Source: a virus
Length of the DNA stretch: 64,000 bases
Direction: 5' to 3' (one strand)
IMG/VR virus record: IMGVR_UViG_3300045049_000286
Location: 1 to 64,000 of that record
Every line of letters begins with the position of its first letter. Within the stretch, counting starts at the first letter, position 1. A program made the position numbers and the translations under genes. A model generated the notes under the pieces. It was not told the DNA's origin. It was given only the letters and a program-made list of their open reading frames with translations, and made no database searches. Shown here piece by piece: positions 10,118-20,334 of the stretch.

Positions 10118-10412
10118 GCGCTGTCCCGCCTGCGACAAGACCAAGGCCCTCGACGACTTCCACCGCTGCCGCACCCGCAAGGACGGCCGGCAGGGACGCT
10201 GCAAGGAATGCGTCAACGCCTACGCGAAAACACCCGAGCAGCGCGAGCGCCGCGCGGCAACCCAACGCCGCTATGCCGCCGCGCACCCCAAGGAAGTCCA
10301 GGCCGCTAGGGCTCGCTACTACCGCGAGAATCGCGAAGCCATCCTCGCCAGGGCCAAGGCCCGCCGCGACAAGCGCCGCGCCGCTGGGACCGTGACGCCG
10401 GGCAGTGGGTGA
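10101..10412 (+). CDS. Zinc-finger protein resembling the N-terminus of HNH/EndoVII proteins, no nuclease domain
   Basis: KRCPAC..K.LDDF...DG...RCKEC followed by basic helix. Confidence 0.6.
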   Translation: MTTPTKRCPACDKTKALDDFHRCRTRKDGRQGRCKECVNAYAKTPEQRERRAATQRRYAAAHPKEVQAARARYYRENREAILARAKARRDKRRAAGTVTPGSG

Positions 10413-10416
10413 GGAC

Positions 10417-11400
10417 ATGACCGCAGGCTGGTCGATACTCGACGGCTTCGCCAACCCTGTGCCGGCCAACATGGGCGCCGCGCTGCGGGCGCTGGGCATC
10501 GAGGTGTTGCGGGTCAACACGCGGGTGGACGACCGCAGCGAGGAATTGTGCATCCGCTGCCCCGAGCACGCCGCGCGTACCGGCAAGGAGGACCGCAAGC
10601 CGTCCTGCTGGATCAACTCGGTCTCGGGTGCCTTCGTGTGCTTCTCGTGTGGGTACAGCGGCCCGTTCGTGGTCCTTGCGGCCGACCGCCTGGGCTGCGA
10701 TCGGGCTGCGGCGGCCGTGTGGACCGCCGCCTACGGCGTGCGCTCGGTCCTACAGAGAACTGACGACGCAACTGCGCCGACGATCGCCCAGCACGAAGTG
10801 ATTCGCATCACCGAGGCGGCCATCGCGCTGTACGTGCCGCCGCCGCGCAAGGCCCTGGACAGCCGGCACCTGACCGAGCAGGCCGCCGCCGACTACGGCG
10901 TGCTGTGGAACGAGGAGCACCGGCGGTGGATTCTGCCGATCCGCGACCCGGACACCGGGGAGCTGTGGGGCTGGCAGGAGAAGGGGAAACGGTTCTTCAA
11001 GAACCACCCCGACGGGGTGAAGAAGTCCCTATCCCTGTTCGGCTGGGACACCCTCGGCGACGAGGACCAGCTCATCTTGCTGGAGTCGCCGCTGGACGCC
11101 GTGCGCCTGGCCTCCCACGGCATCCCAGGAGCTGTCGCCTCCTACGGCGCCCACGTCTCGGCCGCGCAGATGAACCTGATCCGCCGACGCGGCTCGCGGC
11201 TGATCGTCGCCCTCGACAACGACCGCGCCGGCTACGCCGCCGCCGACCGCATCGCCCGGCTCTGGCGCCAGCGCGGCGTCCCTATGCGGTTCCTGTCCTA
11301 CCACCACACCACCGCCAAGGACATCGGCGCCATGAGCGCCGCCGAGATCGACGAGTCCCTCGCGACGCTACGGCTGACCCCATACCTGAGAGCTGCCTGA
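10417..11400 (+). CDS. DNA primase (CHC2 zinc finger + TOPRIM)
   Basis: CPEH...PS...CFSCG; LLESPLD; ALDNDRAG; KDIG. Confidence 0.9.
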   Translation: MTAGWSILDGFANPVPANMGAALRALGIEVLRVNTRVDDRSEELCIRCPEHAARTGKEDRKPSCWINSVSGAFVCFSCGYSGPFVVLAADRLGCDRAAAAVWTAAYGVRSVLQRTDDATAPTIAQHEVIRITEAAIALYVPPPRKALDSRHLTEQAAADYGVLWNEEHRRWILPIRDPDTGELWGWQEKGKRFFKNHPDGVKKSLSLFGWDTLGDEDQLILLESPLDAVRLASHGIPGAVASYGAHVSAAQMNLIRRRGSRLIVALDNDRAGYAAADRIARLWRQRGVPMRFLSYHHTTAKDIGAMSAAEIDESLATLRLTPYLRAA

Positions 11401-12998
11401 TGTTCACCGGAACCCTCTACCCCTACCAGGTCGACGCGGTCGAGAAGATCATCGACCTGCGCAAGATCCTCGTCGCCTACTCCATGGGCACCGGCAAGAC
11501 GGTGTGCACCATCGCCGCGCTGGAGGAGCTACTCGGCCGCCGGGAGGTCAACATGGTGCTGATCCTGGTGCCTGCGTCGCTGAAATGGCAGTGGGCACAG
11601 TCCCTGGCCAAGTTCACCGACCTGCCTACCGAGGAGGTGACCCTGCGCGGCACGAGGCTGCGCGTGCCCACCCAGGACTCGTGCGTGGTCATCGACGGCG
11701 ACGCGAAGAAGCGAGCCGAGAAGTGGAACATCGCGAACTGCAACCTGGTCGACTACACCATCGCCAGCCACGGCGCGGTACTGAACGACTGGGACCAGGT
11801 CGCTGGCCTCCCCTTCGACGCGATCGTCGTGGACGAGGCAACGGTGATCAAGAACTTCGCGGCCGAGACCAGCAAGCGCATCAAGCGCCTGCAGACCCCG
11901 GTGCGGATCGCACTGTCCGGCACTCCGGTGGAGAACCGCCCCGAGGACGTGTTCTCGATCATGCAGTGGGTCGATGCCAACGTGCTGGGCCGCTGGGACC
12001 TGTTCGACAAGTCCTTCATCGTGCGCAACGCCTTCGGCGCGGTGAAGAGCTACCAGAACCTGCACCTGCTCAACGGCCGCCTGAACCGGCGCATGATCCG
12101 CAAGTCGAGGCTCGATCCCGAGGTCGCCAAGTACCTGCCGAAGGTCGCCGAGACCACCAGGCTCGTCACGCTCGACAAGACCACCGAGCGCTTCTACCGG
12201 GCCATCCTCGCGGACCTGCAGGACGCGCTGAACGAGCTGGCGAACTCCGGCGGCACGCTGGACCTCGCGGCCTACTACGCCGGTTCCGCCAGCATCGAGG
12301 AGCGCTCCGCGCAGGGCAAGGTGATGGCACGCCTGCAGGCCACCCGGCTGCTACTGGACCACCCATCGTTGCTGCTGGACTCCGCCGAGGCGTACCACGA
12401 CAAGGGCCCGGAGGGCTCCGCGTACATCGCCGAGCTGCTGGACCGCGCACCGGCGCTCGCGAACCTGAACGCCACCCCGAAACTGAACGAGCTGGAGCAG
12501 GTCATCGCCCAGCTCATGGCCGAGGACGGCGTGAAGGTCGCGGTCTTCACCCAGTACCGCCGGATGCTGCCCTACATCGCCGCCAGGCTGCAGAAGTACA
12601 CCGACATGGTGCTCTTCCACGGCGAGATGAAGGCCGACGAACGCGCGGCTGCCGTTGCCGCATTCTCCACCGACCCGGACGTTCGCGCATTCATCTCCAC
12701 CAACGCAGGTGGCTATGGACTGGACCTGCCCGTCGCACAGTACCTGGTCAACTACGACCTCCCCGACAGCCGGGGCGTCCTTGACCAGCGCAACACCCGA
12801 CATGTCAGAGCCTCGTCGCATCATGGACGCGTATACGTCGTGAACCTCGTCGCGGCCGGAACCATCGAAGAGCGGCAGCAGGCCACGCTCAACCTGCGCG
12901 GCCGGCTGGCCAATTCGGTCGTGGATGGCAAGGGCGGCGGCGAGATCGTGAACGACGTAGCGTCCCTGACCAGTTTCATCGGCTCCGGCAGGAGCTGA
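11400..12998 (+). CDS. SNF2-family helicase
   Basis: LYPYQ; MGTGKT; VVDEAT; LSGTPVEN; AGGYGLDL. Confidence 0.92.
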   Translation: MFTGTLYPYQVDAVEKIIDLRKILVAYSMGTGKTVCTIAALEELLGRREVNMVLILVPASLKWQWAQSLAKFTDLPTEEVTLRGTRLRVPTQDSCVVIDGDAKKRAEKWNIANCNLVDYTIASHGAVLNDWDQVAGLPFDAIVVDEATVIKNFAAETSKRIKRLQTPVRIALSGTPVENRPEDVFSIMQWVDANVLGRWDLFDKSFIVRNAFGAVKSYQNLHLLNGRLNRRMIRKSRLDPEVAKYLPKVAETTRLVTLDKTTERFYRAILADLQDALNELANSGGTLDLAAYYAGSASIEERSAQGKVMARLQATRLLLDHPSLLLDSAEAYHDKGPEGSAYIAELLDRAPALANLNATPKLNELEQVIAQLMAEDGVKVAVFTQYRRMLPYIAARLQKYTDMVLFHGEMKADERAAAVAAFSTDPDVRAFISTNAGGYGLDLPVAQYLVNYDLPDSRGVLDQRNTRHVRASSHHGRVYVVNLVAAGTIEERQQATLNLRGRLANSVVDGKGGGEIVNDVASLTSFIGSGRS

Positions 12999-13100
12999 CA
13001 CCCGTTCGGCCGCTGTCCGCGCATTTTTTCCGATCATAGGCTGCATTTGCCAGCGAGCGAGAAACTCGCATTCCTACTCCAACGCAAGGGCTTACCTGGC

Positions 13101-13589
13101 ATGGGCGAAAACGAGTCCTCCGAGTACGAACCGCAGCTCGATCCCGTCCCGATCGACCCCGTGGTCCCCCTCTTTCGCGAGTGGGCCCTCCTCAAGGCGC
13201 GCACCACCCAGCTCAGCGCCGAGCGCGACAAGCTGCGCGACCGCATCGCCAAGGCCGTCGAGGAGCGCGGCTACACCGACCACAAGGGCTCCCAACTCCT
13301 CGACCTGCCCTTCCCCCTGCAGGTCGGCGACACCACCTACACTCGCATCAAGCGCGAACGCCGCGTCAGCGTCGTCCCCGACGTGGACGCCGCCGAAGCC
13401 ATCTGCCACAACGTCGGCATCGAGAACGGCGTCGGCGACGAGTACTACGAGCGCGCCTTCCCCCTCGTCCGCCAGCTCGACGTGGAAATGCTCTACGTCC
13501 TGCTGCAGGAAGGCGTCCTCGACGAAGAGGACATGGACACCATCTTCGTCGAGCACGAAACCTACGCATTCCGTGGGCTCACCTCATGA
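13101..13589 (+). CDS. Hypothetical protein
   Basis: GC3-biased ORF coupled to next gene; start uncertain. Confidence 0.7.
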   Translation: MGENESSEYEPQLDPVPIDPVVPLFREWALLKARTTQLSAERDKLRDRIAKAVEERGYTDHKGSQLLDLPFPLQVGDTTYTRIKRERRVSVVPDVDAAEAICHNVGIENGVGDEYYERAFPLVRQLDVEMLYVLLQEGVLDEEDMDTIFVEHETYAFRGLTS

Positions 13590-13987
13590 CCGCCCGCAAG
13601 CGCATGAACTCCCGCCCTCTGCTCGGCCTCGGCGAAGCCCTGCGCCGCGAGGGCCTGACTGCCGACGACCTCGCTGACCTCACCTCGCGCGATATCACCA
13701 CTGTGCGGTCCTGGATCGGCGGCGGCAACGTGCTCATCGGAATGCGTCGCCAGCTCGCCCGCCTCCTCGACGTCTCCCTGGTCGACCTGGAGGAAGGCTT
13801 CCCCGAGTCGGCCGAACCGCCGGCTGCACCGCCCGCCCCGGAGGCCCCTGCCCCGCCGAAGAGCGTGCGGTTCGAGCCCTACCGAGAACTCATCGAGCCG
13901 ATCCGCCTCCCAACCTACGACGAGGCAGTCCTGCTCCTGCTCGACTTCCAGCGCCGCCTCGACGCACTCCTGGGGCCGCTGCGGTGA
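13586..13987 (+). CDS. XRE-like HTH protein
   Basis: ALRREGLTADDLADLTSRDITTVRSWIGG...LARLLDVS. Confidence 0.7.
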   Translation: MTARKRMNSRPLLGLGEALRREGLTADDLADLTSRDITTVRSWIGGGNVLIGMRRQLARLLDVSLVDLEEGFPESAEPPAAPPAPEAPAPPKSVRFEPYRELIEPIRLPTYDEAVLLLLDFQRRLDALLGPLR

Positions 13988-14421
13988 AGTCCATCGACGT
14001 CTACCCAGGCACCCACCAGCCCATCGGCTCTCGGGCGCCCACGCCGCTCGCGCCGCGCAGCAGCGGTTGGGACGAGAACCCGATCTACCGCCAGGTACAG
14101 GGCTACATGCGCGAGTTCTTCGGCGTTGGCCACCTGTCCAAGGCCCTCGGCCGGTCCGTCAAGACGATCTACAAGTGGGAGACCGAGGGCCTGTTCCCCA
14201 AGGCCACGTTCATCTACAACGGCGCCTCCCGCAACGGTCAGCGCCGGCTGTACACCCGCGCCCAGATCGAAGGCGCCCTGCGCATCGCCGAGGAGGAGGG
14301 CATCCTCACCGGCCGCGTGCGCTACCTCGGCCAGACCCTCTTCCCCACCCGATGCGCGGACCTGTTCCGCACCACCAAGGGCATCCTCCCGCCCCCCATC
14401 ACCGAATGGAGCACCCAGTGA
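13984..14421 (+). CDS. MerR-like HTH DNA-binding protein
   Basis: GHLSKALGRSVKTIYKWETEGLFP...RLYTRAQI. Confidence 0.8.
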   Translation: MKSIDVYPGTHQPIGSRAPTPLAPRSSGWDENPIYRQVQGYMREFFGVGHLSKALGRSVKTIYKWETEGLFPKATFIYNGASRNGQRRLYTRAQIEGALRIAEEEGILTGRVRYLGQTLFPTRCADLFRTTKGILPPPITEWSTQ

Positions 14422-15113
14422 CCGAGACCCGCCAGTTCGGCCGCCGCCGCACCGTCCCCGAGGCCGACACCGAGGCCCCGGCCGCGCCGAAGGCGAAGGC
14501 CGCCAAGTCCAGCAAGCCCGAGCCGCCGTCCTCCGCCGCCGCCGGCTGGGGCGCCATGGAGCAGAAGGCCGGCCAGGCGGGCGGCGACTTCTACCTCAAG
14601 GTCACCGAGCAGGAGACCGTCATCAAGATCATGGACGAGGCGCCGTTCGACAACTACGTCGCCCACTGGGTCGACGAGATCGAAGAGGGCTCCAAGTCGG
14701 TGCGCTGCTGGGGCGACGGCTGCCCCCTGTGCGCGATCGGCGACAAGGCCAAGAAGTTCTCCGCCTGCTTCAACGTCGTCTCCCTGTCCGACCCCGGCAA
14801 CCCCGCGCTGCTCGTGTGGGAGGCCGGCGTGAAGATCGCCCGGCAGCTCAAGGAGATCGCGATGGACGCCAAGAAGGGCCCCCTGAACCGGGAGGACCTC
14901 TACTTCACGATCAAGAAGAACCAGAAGGCCAAGGCGGTCGAGTACGTCCTGGAGCGCATCCGCGCCCGCGACCTGGAAGAGGAGAAGGGCATCGAGCCCC
15001 TGGACGAGGACACCCTCGCCAAGTTCGGTCCCGACCTGCGCGACGAGCCGGTCAAGGAGTGCCTGTCGGCCGACGAAATGAAGGACCTCGTCGACCTCCT
15101 GCTCGGCGACTGA
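14418..15113 (+). CDS. Putative single-stranded DNA-binding protein (gp32-like)
   Basis: HW...C...CPLC zinc motif, acidic C-terminal region, position in replication operon. Confidence 0.6.
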   Translation: MTETRQFGRRRTVPEADTEAPAAPKAKAAKSSKPEPPSSAAAGWGAMEQKAGQAGGDFYLKVTEQETVIKIMDEAPFDNYVAHWVDEIEEGSKSVRCWGDGCPLCAIGDKAKKFSACFNVVSLSDPGNPALLVWEAGVKIARQLKEIAMDAKKGPLNREDLYFTIKKNQKAKAVEYVLERIRARDLEEEKGIEPLDEDTLAKFGPDLRDEPVKECLSADEMKDLVDLLLGD

Positions 15114-15130
15114 CACCCCAAGGAGCAAGC

Positions 15131-15463
15131 GTGATCCCCACCATCGGACGCATCGTCCACTACACGCTCAGCCAGTACGACGCGGACGCCATCAACCGCC
15201 GCTACCGGCACTTCGACGCCTACCGCGCCAAGCACGCCGGCGACGTCGTCCCGGGCGAGCCGGGCAACACCGGACACGTCGGCCACTACGGCAACAACGC
15301 CCAGGCCGGCGACGTGCTGCCCGCCATCATCGTCCGCGTCTGGGGTGACACCGCCGAGTCGGCCGTCAACCTGCAGGTCCACCTCGACGGTAGCGACGTC
15401 TACTGGGCCACCAGCCGCACCCATGGCGACGGCCAAGGCCACTGGCACTGGCCCCTTCGATAG
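15131..15463 (+). CDS. Hypothetical protein (PTIGRIVHY type)
   Basis: AAGGAG RBS; PTIGRIVHY...PAIIVRV...VNLQVHLDG...WHWP. Confidence 0.75.
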   Translation: MIPTIGRIVHYTLSQYDADAINRRYRHFDAYRAKHAGDVVPGEPGNTGHVGHYGNNAQAGDVLPAIIVRVWGDTAESAVNLQVHLDGSDVYWATSRTHGDGQGHWHWPLR

Positions 15464-15581
15464 GCCCCGCATGGCAGCAGGGGCTGCCCGCACTCGGGTA
15501 AGTGCATACGAGCAGCCCCCGCCATCGAGTCGCCAGCACGAAGCCGAACGCGGTGACATTTCTACCGCACCGGAGACGCTC

Positions 15582-17474
15582 GTGCACGCATCCCAGGTCA
15601 TCACCGACACGCATTCCCTGGCCGAGGCGATGCAGCATTTCCTCGCCCAGGACTCCTTCGTCATCGACGTCGAGACGATCGGCGAGGACCGCCTGGTCCC
15701 GGCCGTCAACCAGGTCCTGTGGGTCGCGCTCGCCACCCACGGCCGCTCCGTCGTCATCCCCCTCGGCCACCCCAACGGCGACGAACTGCTGCGCAAGGCC
15801 ACGTGGCGCAAGAACAAGGACACCGGGCTGCGCGAGACCATCCCCGCCCAGTTCAGCCCCCCGCGCCCGCAGCTACGCCCCTCCCAGGTCTTCGAGGCCC
15901 TGGAGCCGCTGCTGTTCTCCGACCGGCAGAAGATCGCCCACAACGTGCCCTTCGACATCCTGTCCGTGGCCAAGTACTACGACGGCGCGTTCCCCGAGGG
16001 CCCGTACTTCGACACCGCTGTCGCGCAGTGGGCCGTGAATGAGAACCTGCTGAACTTCAAGCTCAAGCCCCTGCTGGAGCGCCGCTTCGGCCTGCGCTAC
16101 GACGACGCCGACGTCGGCAAACGCGTCGAGGACCACACCTTCCGCGACGTCGCCCTGTACGCCTGGCTCGACGCGCGCGGCACCTGGCTTCTCAAGCAGG
16201 ACCTCGACACCCTGATCGACGTCGAGCAGGTCCGCGACATCTGGAACCTGGAGATGGACCTGGTCCCGGTCCTGCTCCACATGCAGTCCCACGGATGCCC
16301 GGTCGACGTCGCCGAACTGGAGCGCATGCGCACCGACCTGCGCGCCAAGCTCATCACCGTCGAGGCCGACTGCTACCGCGCCGCCGGCCGTGTCATCAAC
16401 CTCGGCTCCTACCCGCAGAAAGCCGACCTGCTGTACGGCAAGGACGGCTTCAACCTCAAGCCCCTGCGGTTCACCGACAAGGGCGCCCCCTCCACCGACG
16501 CCGCCGCCCTCAAGCTCTACCCCGACAACGAGTTCTGCCGCACCCTGCTGGAGTACCAGGAGTTCGACAAGCTGCTGGGCACCTACGTCGAGGGCTACCT
16601 CGGCAACGACAAGAAACGCAGCCAGATCTTCGACGGCCGCATCTACCCGTCCTTCAAGCAGCACGGCGCCAAGACCGGCAGATTCTCCTGCTCCGCGCCC
16701 AACGTGCAGAACTGGCCCCGCCCCTCGACCGACTTCGGCAAACGCATCCGCGACATCATCATCCCCGGCGAGGACCAGGTGCTCCTGGTCGCCGACTACG
16801 GACAGATCGAGCAGCGCATCCTCGCGCACTACTGCGGCCCCGGCGCCCTCATGCAGGGATTCCTCGACGGCCAGGACGCCCACACCACCACCGCGTCCAC
16901 CGTCTACGGCGTGCGCCCCGAGGACGTGACCAAAGAGCAGCGCCAGGACGCCAAGGCCATCGCGTTCGCCATCAACTACGACGCCGGCCCCGCCACCGTG
17001 GGCGAGATGGCCGGCTGCTCCGAGCGCAAGGCCCGCCAGCTCCTCAAAATGCACGAGCAGGCGTTCCCAGAGATCTACGCCTTCAAGCGCAAGCTCAAGG
17101 CCACCGTCATGGGCCGGCGACCCACCCCCTACCTGCGCACCATCCTCGGCCGCAAGCGCCGGCTTCCGGACCTGCTGCACCGCAACAAGAACATCCGCGC
17201 CGACGCCGAGCGGCAGATCGTCAACTCCTGCATCCAGGGCGGCAACGCCGACCTCACCAAGCTCGCCATGGTCCGCTTCTACCAGATGCGCCGGCCCGGC
17301 ATGCAGCTCCTTCTCACCGTCCACGACGAACTCGCCGCCCTGGCCCCGCGCGACGACGCCGAGGAGTGCGCGAAGGTCCTGCACGAGGCCATGGCCGGCC
17401 CCGAGATGCAGATGCTCGCCGTCCCCGTGGTCACCGACGTGAAAATCTGCAACCGCTGGTCCGAGGGCAAGTAA
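15582..17474 (+). CDS. polA: DNA polymerase family A with 3'-5' exonuclease
   Basis: IDVET; AHN; TGRFSC..PNVQN; VADYGQIE.R; IQG..AD; VHDE; GGAG before GTG 15582 (alternative ATG 15471). Confidence 0.95.
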   Translation: MHASQVITDTHSLAEAMQHFLAQDSFVIDVETIGEDRLVPAVNQVLWVALATHGRSVVIPLGHPNGDELLRKATWRKNKDTGLRETIPAQFSPPRPQLRPSQVFEALEPLLFSDRQKIAHNVPFDILSVAKYYDGAFPEGPYFDTAVAQWAVNENLLNFKLKPLLERRFGLRYDDADVGKRVEDHTFRDVALYAWLDARGTWLLKQDLDTLIDVEQVRDIWNLEMDLVPVLLHMQSHGCPVDVAELERMRTDLRAKLITVEADCYRAAGRVINLGSYPQKADLLYGKDGFNLKPLRFTDKGAPSTDAAALKLYPDNEFCRTLLEYQEFDKLLGTYVEGYLGNDKKRSQIFDGRIYPSFKQHGAKTGRFSCSAPNVQNWPRPSTDFGKRIRDIIIPGEDQVLLVADYGQIEQRILAHYCGPGALMQGFLDGQDAHTTTASTVYGVRPEDVTKEQRQDAKAIAFAINYDAGPATVGEMAGCSERKARQLLKMHEQAFPEIYAFKRKLKATVMGRRPTPYLRTILGRKRRLPDLLHRNKNIRADAERQIVNSCIQGGNADLTKLAMVRFYQMRRPGMQLLLTVHDELAALAPRDDAEECAKVLHEAMAGPEMQMLAVPVVTDVKICNRWSEGK

Positions 17475-17496
17475 TTGACGCGCCTACAGTGTCCGC

Positions 17497-17907
17497 ATGG
17501 ACAAGTGCGACGGACCTTTCCCCGTCGGGGACTACCGCGACATGGTCCGTGACCTGGTCGCGTGCTCCGACTTCTCCGAGTTCTGCCTGCGGCTGGGCCT
17601 GGTGCCCTCCGGGCCCGACGTCGACCTGCTGGAACACCGCCGACACCACGCCCGCGTGGCCGCCATCCAGCCGATCGTCCCCGCCATGAACGACGCCGCC
17701 GCGCTCGCCGCCCGCGTCATCCACGACATCTTCCACTCGGTCCCGTCGGACGAGAATGATGAACCCGACGAAGACGAGGACGACGACGCCGAGGAATGCG
17801 ACACGAGCCAGGTGCTTGCCATCTCTCAGCTCGCCGCCACGGCTACCATTCTTCACCTGGTAGCACAGGGAAAACTCGCAGTGACATGCACTCCCCGACT
17901 CTCCTGA
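17497..17907 (+). CDS. Hypothetical acidic protein
   Basis: TACAGT 6 nt before ATG (leaderless-like); GC3 bias. Confidence 0.65.
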   Translation: MDKCDGPFPVGDYRDMVRDLVACSDFSEFCLRLGLVPSGPDVDLLEHRRHHARVAAIQPIVPAMNDAAALAARVIHDIFHSVPSDENDEPDEDEDDDAEECDTSQVLAISQLAATATILHLVAQGKLAVTCTPRLS

Positions 17908-18065
17908 CCACCCGCGTGACCGTGCGCCCCATCGCACGAGGAAGGCGCACCTTCCGCCGCGCGTTCTGGTCCACATGCACCTGCGGCTGGACCAGCGAGA
18001 AGCACTACACGACCGTGACCGGCGCACACTACGCATTCGGAACCCACCTGGTGGAGCAGCAGTGA
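17886..18065 (+). CDS. Small CxCGW protein
   Basis: CTCGW..H pattern; overlaps next start. Confidence 0.5.
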   Translation: MHSPTLLTTRVTVRPIARGRRTFRRAFWSTCTCGWTSEKHYTTVTGAHYAFGTHLVEQQ

Positions 18066-18331
18066 AAGTCAGCCTCATCGCGCACCCGCACTTCGCGACC
18101 GGCGTCCGCTACGTCCCCGGCCCCGCAGGCGACCAGCACCTCGCCGACCTGGTGGGCCACCACCGCGTCGCCTTCCGCTCCGACGCCCCGCCCCTGATCG
18201 AGGACGACGAGGACGGATGGGTCGAACTCCACCCCGGCGACTGGGCCGTGATGTGCGAGGAGGGGTGCGTGCACCGCTACGGCAACTCGGAGCTTCTGCA
18301 GACCTACGAGGAGGTCAACGATGGCCGATGA
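18062..18331 (+). CDS. Hypothetical protein
   Basis: GTGA overlap, GGAG RBS; PGDWAV...F/LQTYE-type small phage protein. Confidence 0.65.
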   Translation: MKVSLIAHPHFATGVRYVPGPAGDQHLADLVGHHRVAFRSDAPPLIEDDEDGWVELHPGDWAVMCEEGCVHRYGNSELLQTYEEVNDGR

Positions 18332-18361
18332 CCGGCTACTAGGACCGAAGGGAGAAACCCG

Positions 18362-18802
18362 TTGAGTGACGACTTCTGGGCCAGGGCGCTGCGAGAGGCG
18401 TCCCCGCAGCCGGCCGCCGCGCCGCCGGCCAACTACCAGGCGCCGCCGCCTGGAACGCCGTGGTGGCAGCTTCCCACCTACCAGAGCGCCGCAACGCCGG
18501 CCGCGCCGGCGCCCCATCAGGTGCCCGGCCCGCAGGACCTGCACCCGCTGACGGCGATGCCCAAGCCGGTCAACCTCGCCTCCGCGCGCAATGCCTCCCA
18601 GTGCCCCGGCTGCGGGGGCGACCAGTACTTCAAGGCGACCCCGAACAGCTCACCTCGTTGCTTCGAGTGCGGCTACCCGGTGCAGCATTCCACCTCGGGG
18701 CTGCGCGTGTCGCACAACGACCAGTCGGTGCCGACGAAGGTGTCGATGCGTCAGGTAACCGGCAACGGCTTCCAGCCGCAGACCATCGTGGGCCACGTGT
18801 AG
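18362..18802 (+). CDS. Pro-rich zinc-ribbon protein
   Basis: CPGCGG...RCFECGYP; GGAG RBS with TTG start. Confidence 0.7.
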   Translation: MSDDFWARALREASPQPAAAPPANYQAPPPGTPWWQLPTYQSAATPAAPAPHQVPGPQDLHPLTAMPKPVNLASARNASQCPGCGGDQYFKATPNSSPRCFECGYPVQHSTSGLRVSHNDQSVPTKVSMRQVTGNGFQPQTIVGHV

Positions 18803-18971
18803 CCTGGACTCTCACGCCCCGGGCGCTGGCATCTGCAAGGCGGTGGAACGCCGCCGCCAGCGTGCCGGGGTTCTCGCATTGCATTAAAGGGCCACTCGTT
18901 CAGCTCTACCGGTGCATTTTTTGCGATCTTACGATCGCATTTGTCCGGTTTGGAGATGAAATGAGTGGCCC

Positions 18972-20027
18972 ATGCCTTTGCGTGACGACGCCCGCGCCGT
19001 AATGGCGAAGCTGAACAAGCAGGTGGGCGACTCCGTGTTCGTCATCGCCTCCGACCTCCCGCCCATCCCCCGCATGACCTCCGGCTCACCCTCCCTCGAC
19101 ATCATGCTGGGCGGCGGCTGGCCGTGTAACCAGTGGTGCGAGGTCATTGGCAAGGAGTCCAGCGGCAAGACCACGATCATCCACAAGACCATCGCCGCCA
19201 ACCAGCAGCGCGACGAGGACTTCTCCACCCTCTGGGTCGCCTCCGAGGGCTACGACGAAGAGTGGGCCCAGTCGCTGGGCGTCGACACCGACCGCGTCCT
19301 GGTCCAGGAGACCAACTCCATGGAGGCCGCCTACACCGCGATGCTCGCGGCGGCCGAGTCCCGCGCGTTCGACGCCGTCGTCCTGGACTCCTACCCGGCC
19401 CTGATCGCCGGCGCCGAGGACGAGAAGGGCATGGACGAGATCGTCGTCGCCCCCGGAGCCCGCACCACCGGCAAGTTCTTCCGCAAGGCCGGCGCCAAGA
19501 CCAAGCGCAACATCGACGGCTCCGAACGGCCCCTGCTCGCCATCGTCGTCAACCAGTGGCGCGACAAGATCGGCGGCTTCGCCCCGCACGGCATCGTCCC
19601 GCAGTACACCCCCGGCGGCCACGCCAAGGACTACGTCTACTACACCCGACTCGAAGTCTCCCGCACCGAGTGGATCGACGAGAAGCGGCAGGTCGGCGCC
19701 GGGAAGATCCGCGTCGGCCAGGTCATCAAGCTCAAGACCATCAAGAACAAGGCCGCCCCGCCGCAGCAGGTCTCCACCATCCGCTTCTACTTCGACCACA
19801 GCCCCGAGACAGGGCTACGCCAAGGCGAGTACGACCTCGCCAAGGAACTGGTCGCGCTCGGCCTGCTGTATGGCGTCATCTCCAAGCGCGACGGCGGCCG
19901 GTTCGCCTACAAGGACGCCAACTGGCACGGCGAAGGCCGCCTGCTGCAGTCCATCCGCGAGGAACCCGACCTCGCCGACGCTCTCTACGCCGAGGTCCTG
20001 GCCGCCGCCAAGGACACGACCGCATGA
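18972..20027 (+). CDS. recA: RecA-like recombinase
   Basis: SGSPSLD.MLGGG.P; GKESSGKT; VVLDS; NQWR; PGG; KNK. Confidence 0.93.
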   Translation: MPLRDDARAVMAKLNKQVGDSVFVIASDLPPIPRMTSGSPSLDIMLGGGWPCNQWCEVIGKESSGKTTIIHKTIAANQQRDEDFSTLWVASEGYDEEWAQSLGVDTDRVLVQETNSMEAAYTAMLAAAESRAFDAVVLDSYPALIAGAEDEKGMDEIVVAPGARTTGKFFRKAGAKTKRNIDGSERPLLAIVVNQWRDKIGGFAPHGIVPQYTPGGHAKDYVYYTRLEVSRTEWIDEKRQVGAGKIRVGQVIKLKTIKNKAAPPQQVSTIRFYFDHSPETGLRQGEYDLAKELVALGLLYGVISKRDGGRFAYKDANWHGEGRLLQSIREEPDLADALYAEVLAAAKDTTA

Positions 20028-20332
20028 GCACCGAGGGACAGCGCCGCTCCAAGCGCCAAGAGAAGCGCCTCGCCGCCGACGTCGGCGGCCGGCGCACCGC
20101 CGGCTCCGGCAACGGGTGGGCCGTCAAGAACGACGTCCGCAACGACCGCTGGAGTATCGAGGCCAAGACCACCGAGCGCCGCTCCTACAGCCTGCGGCTG
20201 GATGCGCTCAAGCAGGCCGAGAAGCACGCCCTACTCGACGGCCGCGAGATGGCGTTCTGCGTCGAGATCGCCGGCGAATCCTTCGTCGTGGTCACCTACG
20301 ACACCTTCCGTCATCTCTTCCCGCAGGAATAG
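20024..20332 (+). CDS. Putative Holliday junction resolvase (PD-(D/E)XK)
   Basis: QEKRLA..GG.RT.GSG...KNDV...IEAK. Confidence 0.75.
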   Translation: MSTEGQRRSKRQEKRLAADVGGRRTAGSGNGWAVKNDVRNDRWSIEAKTTERRSYSLRLDALKQAEKHALLDGREMAFCVEIAGESFVVVTYDTFRHLFPQE

Positions 20333-20334
20333 CC

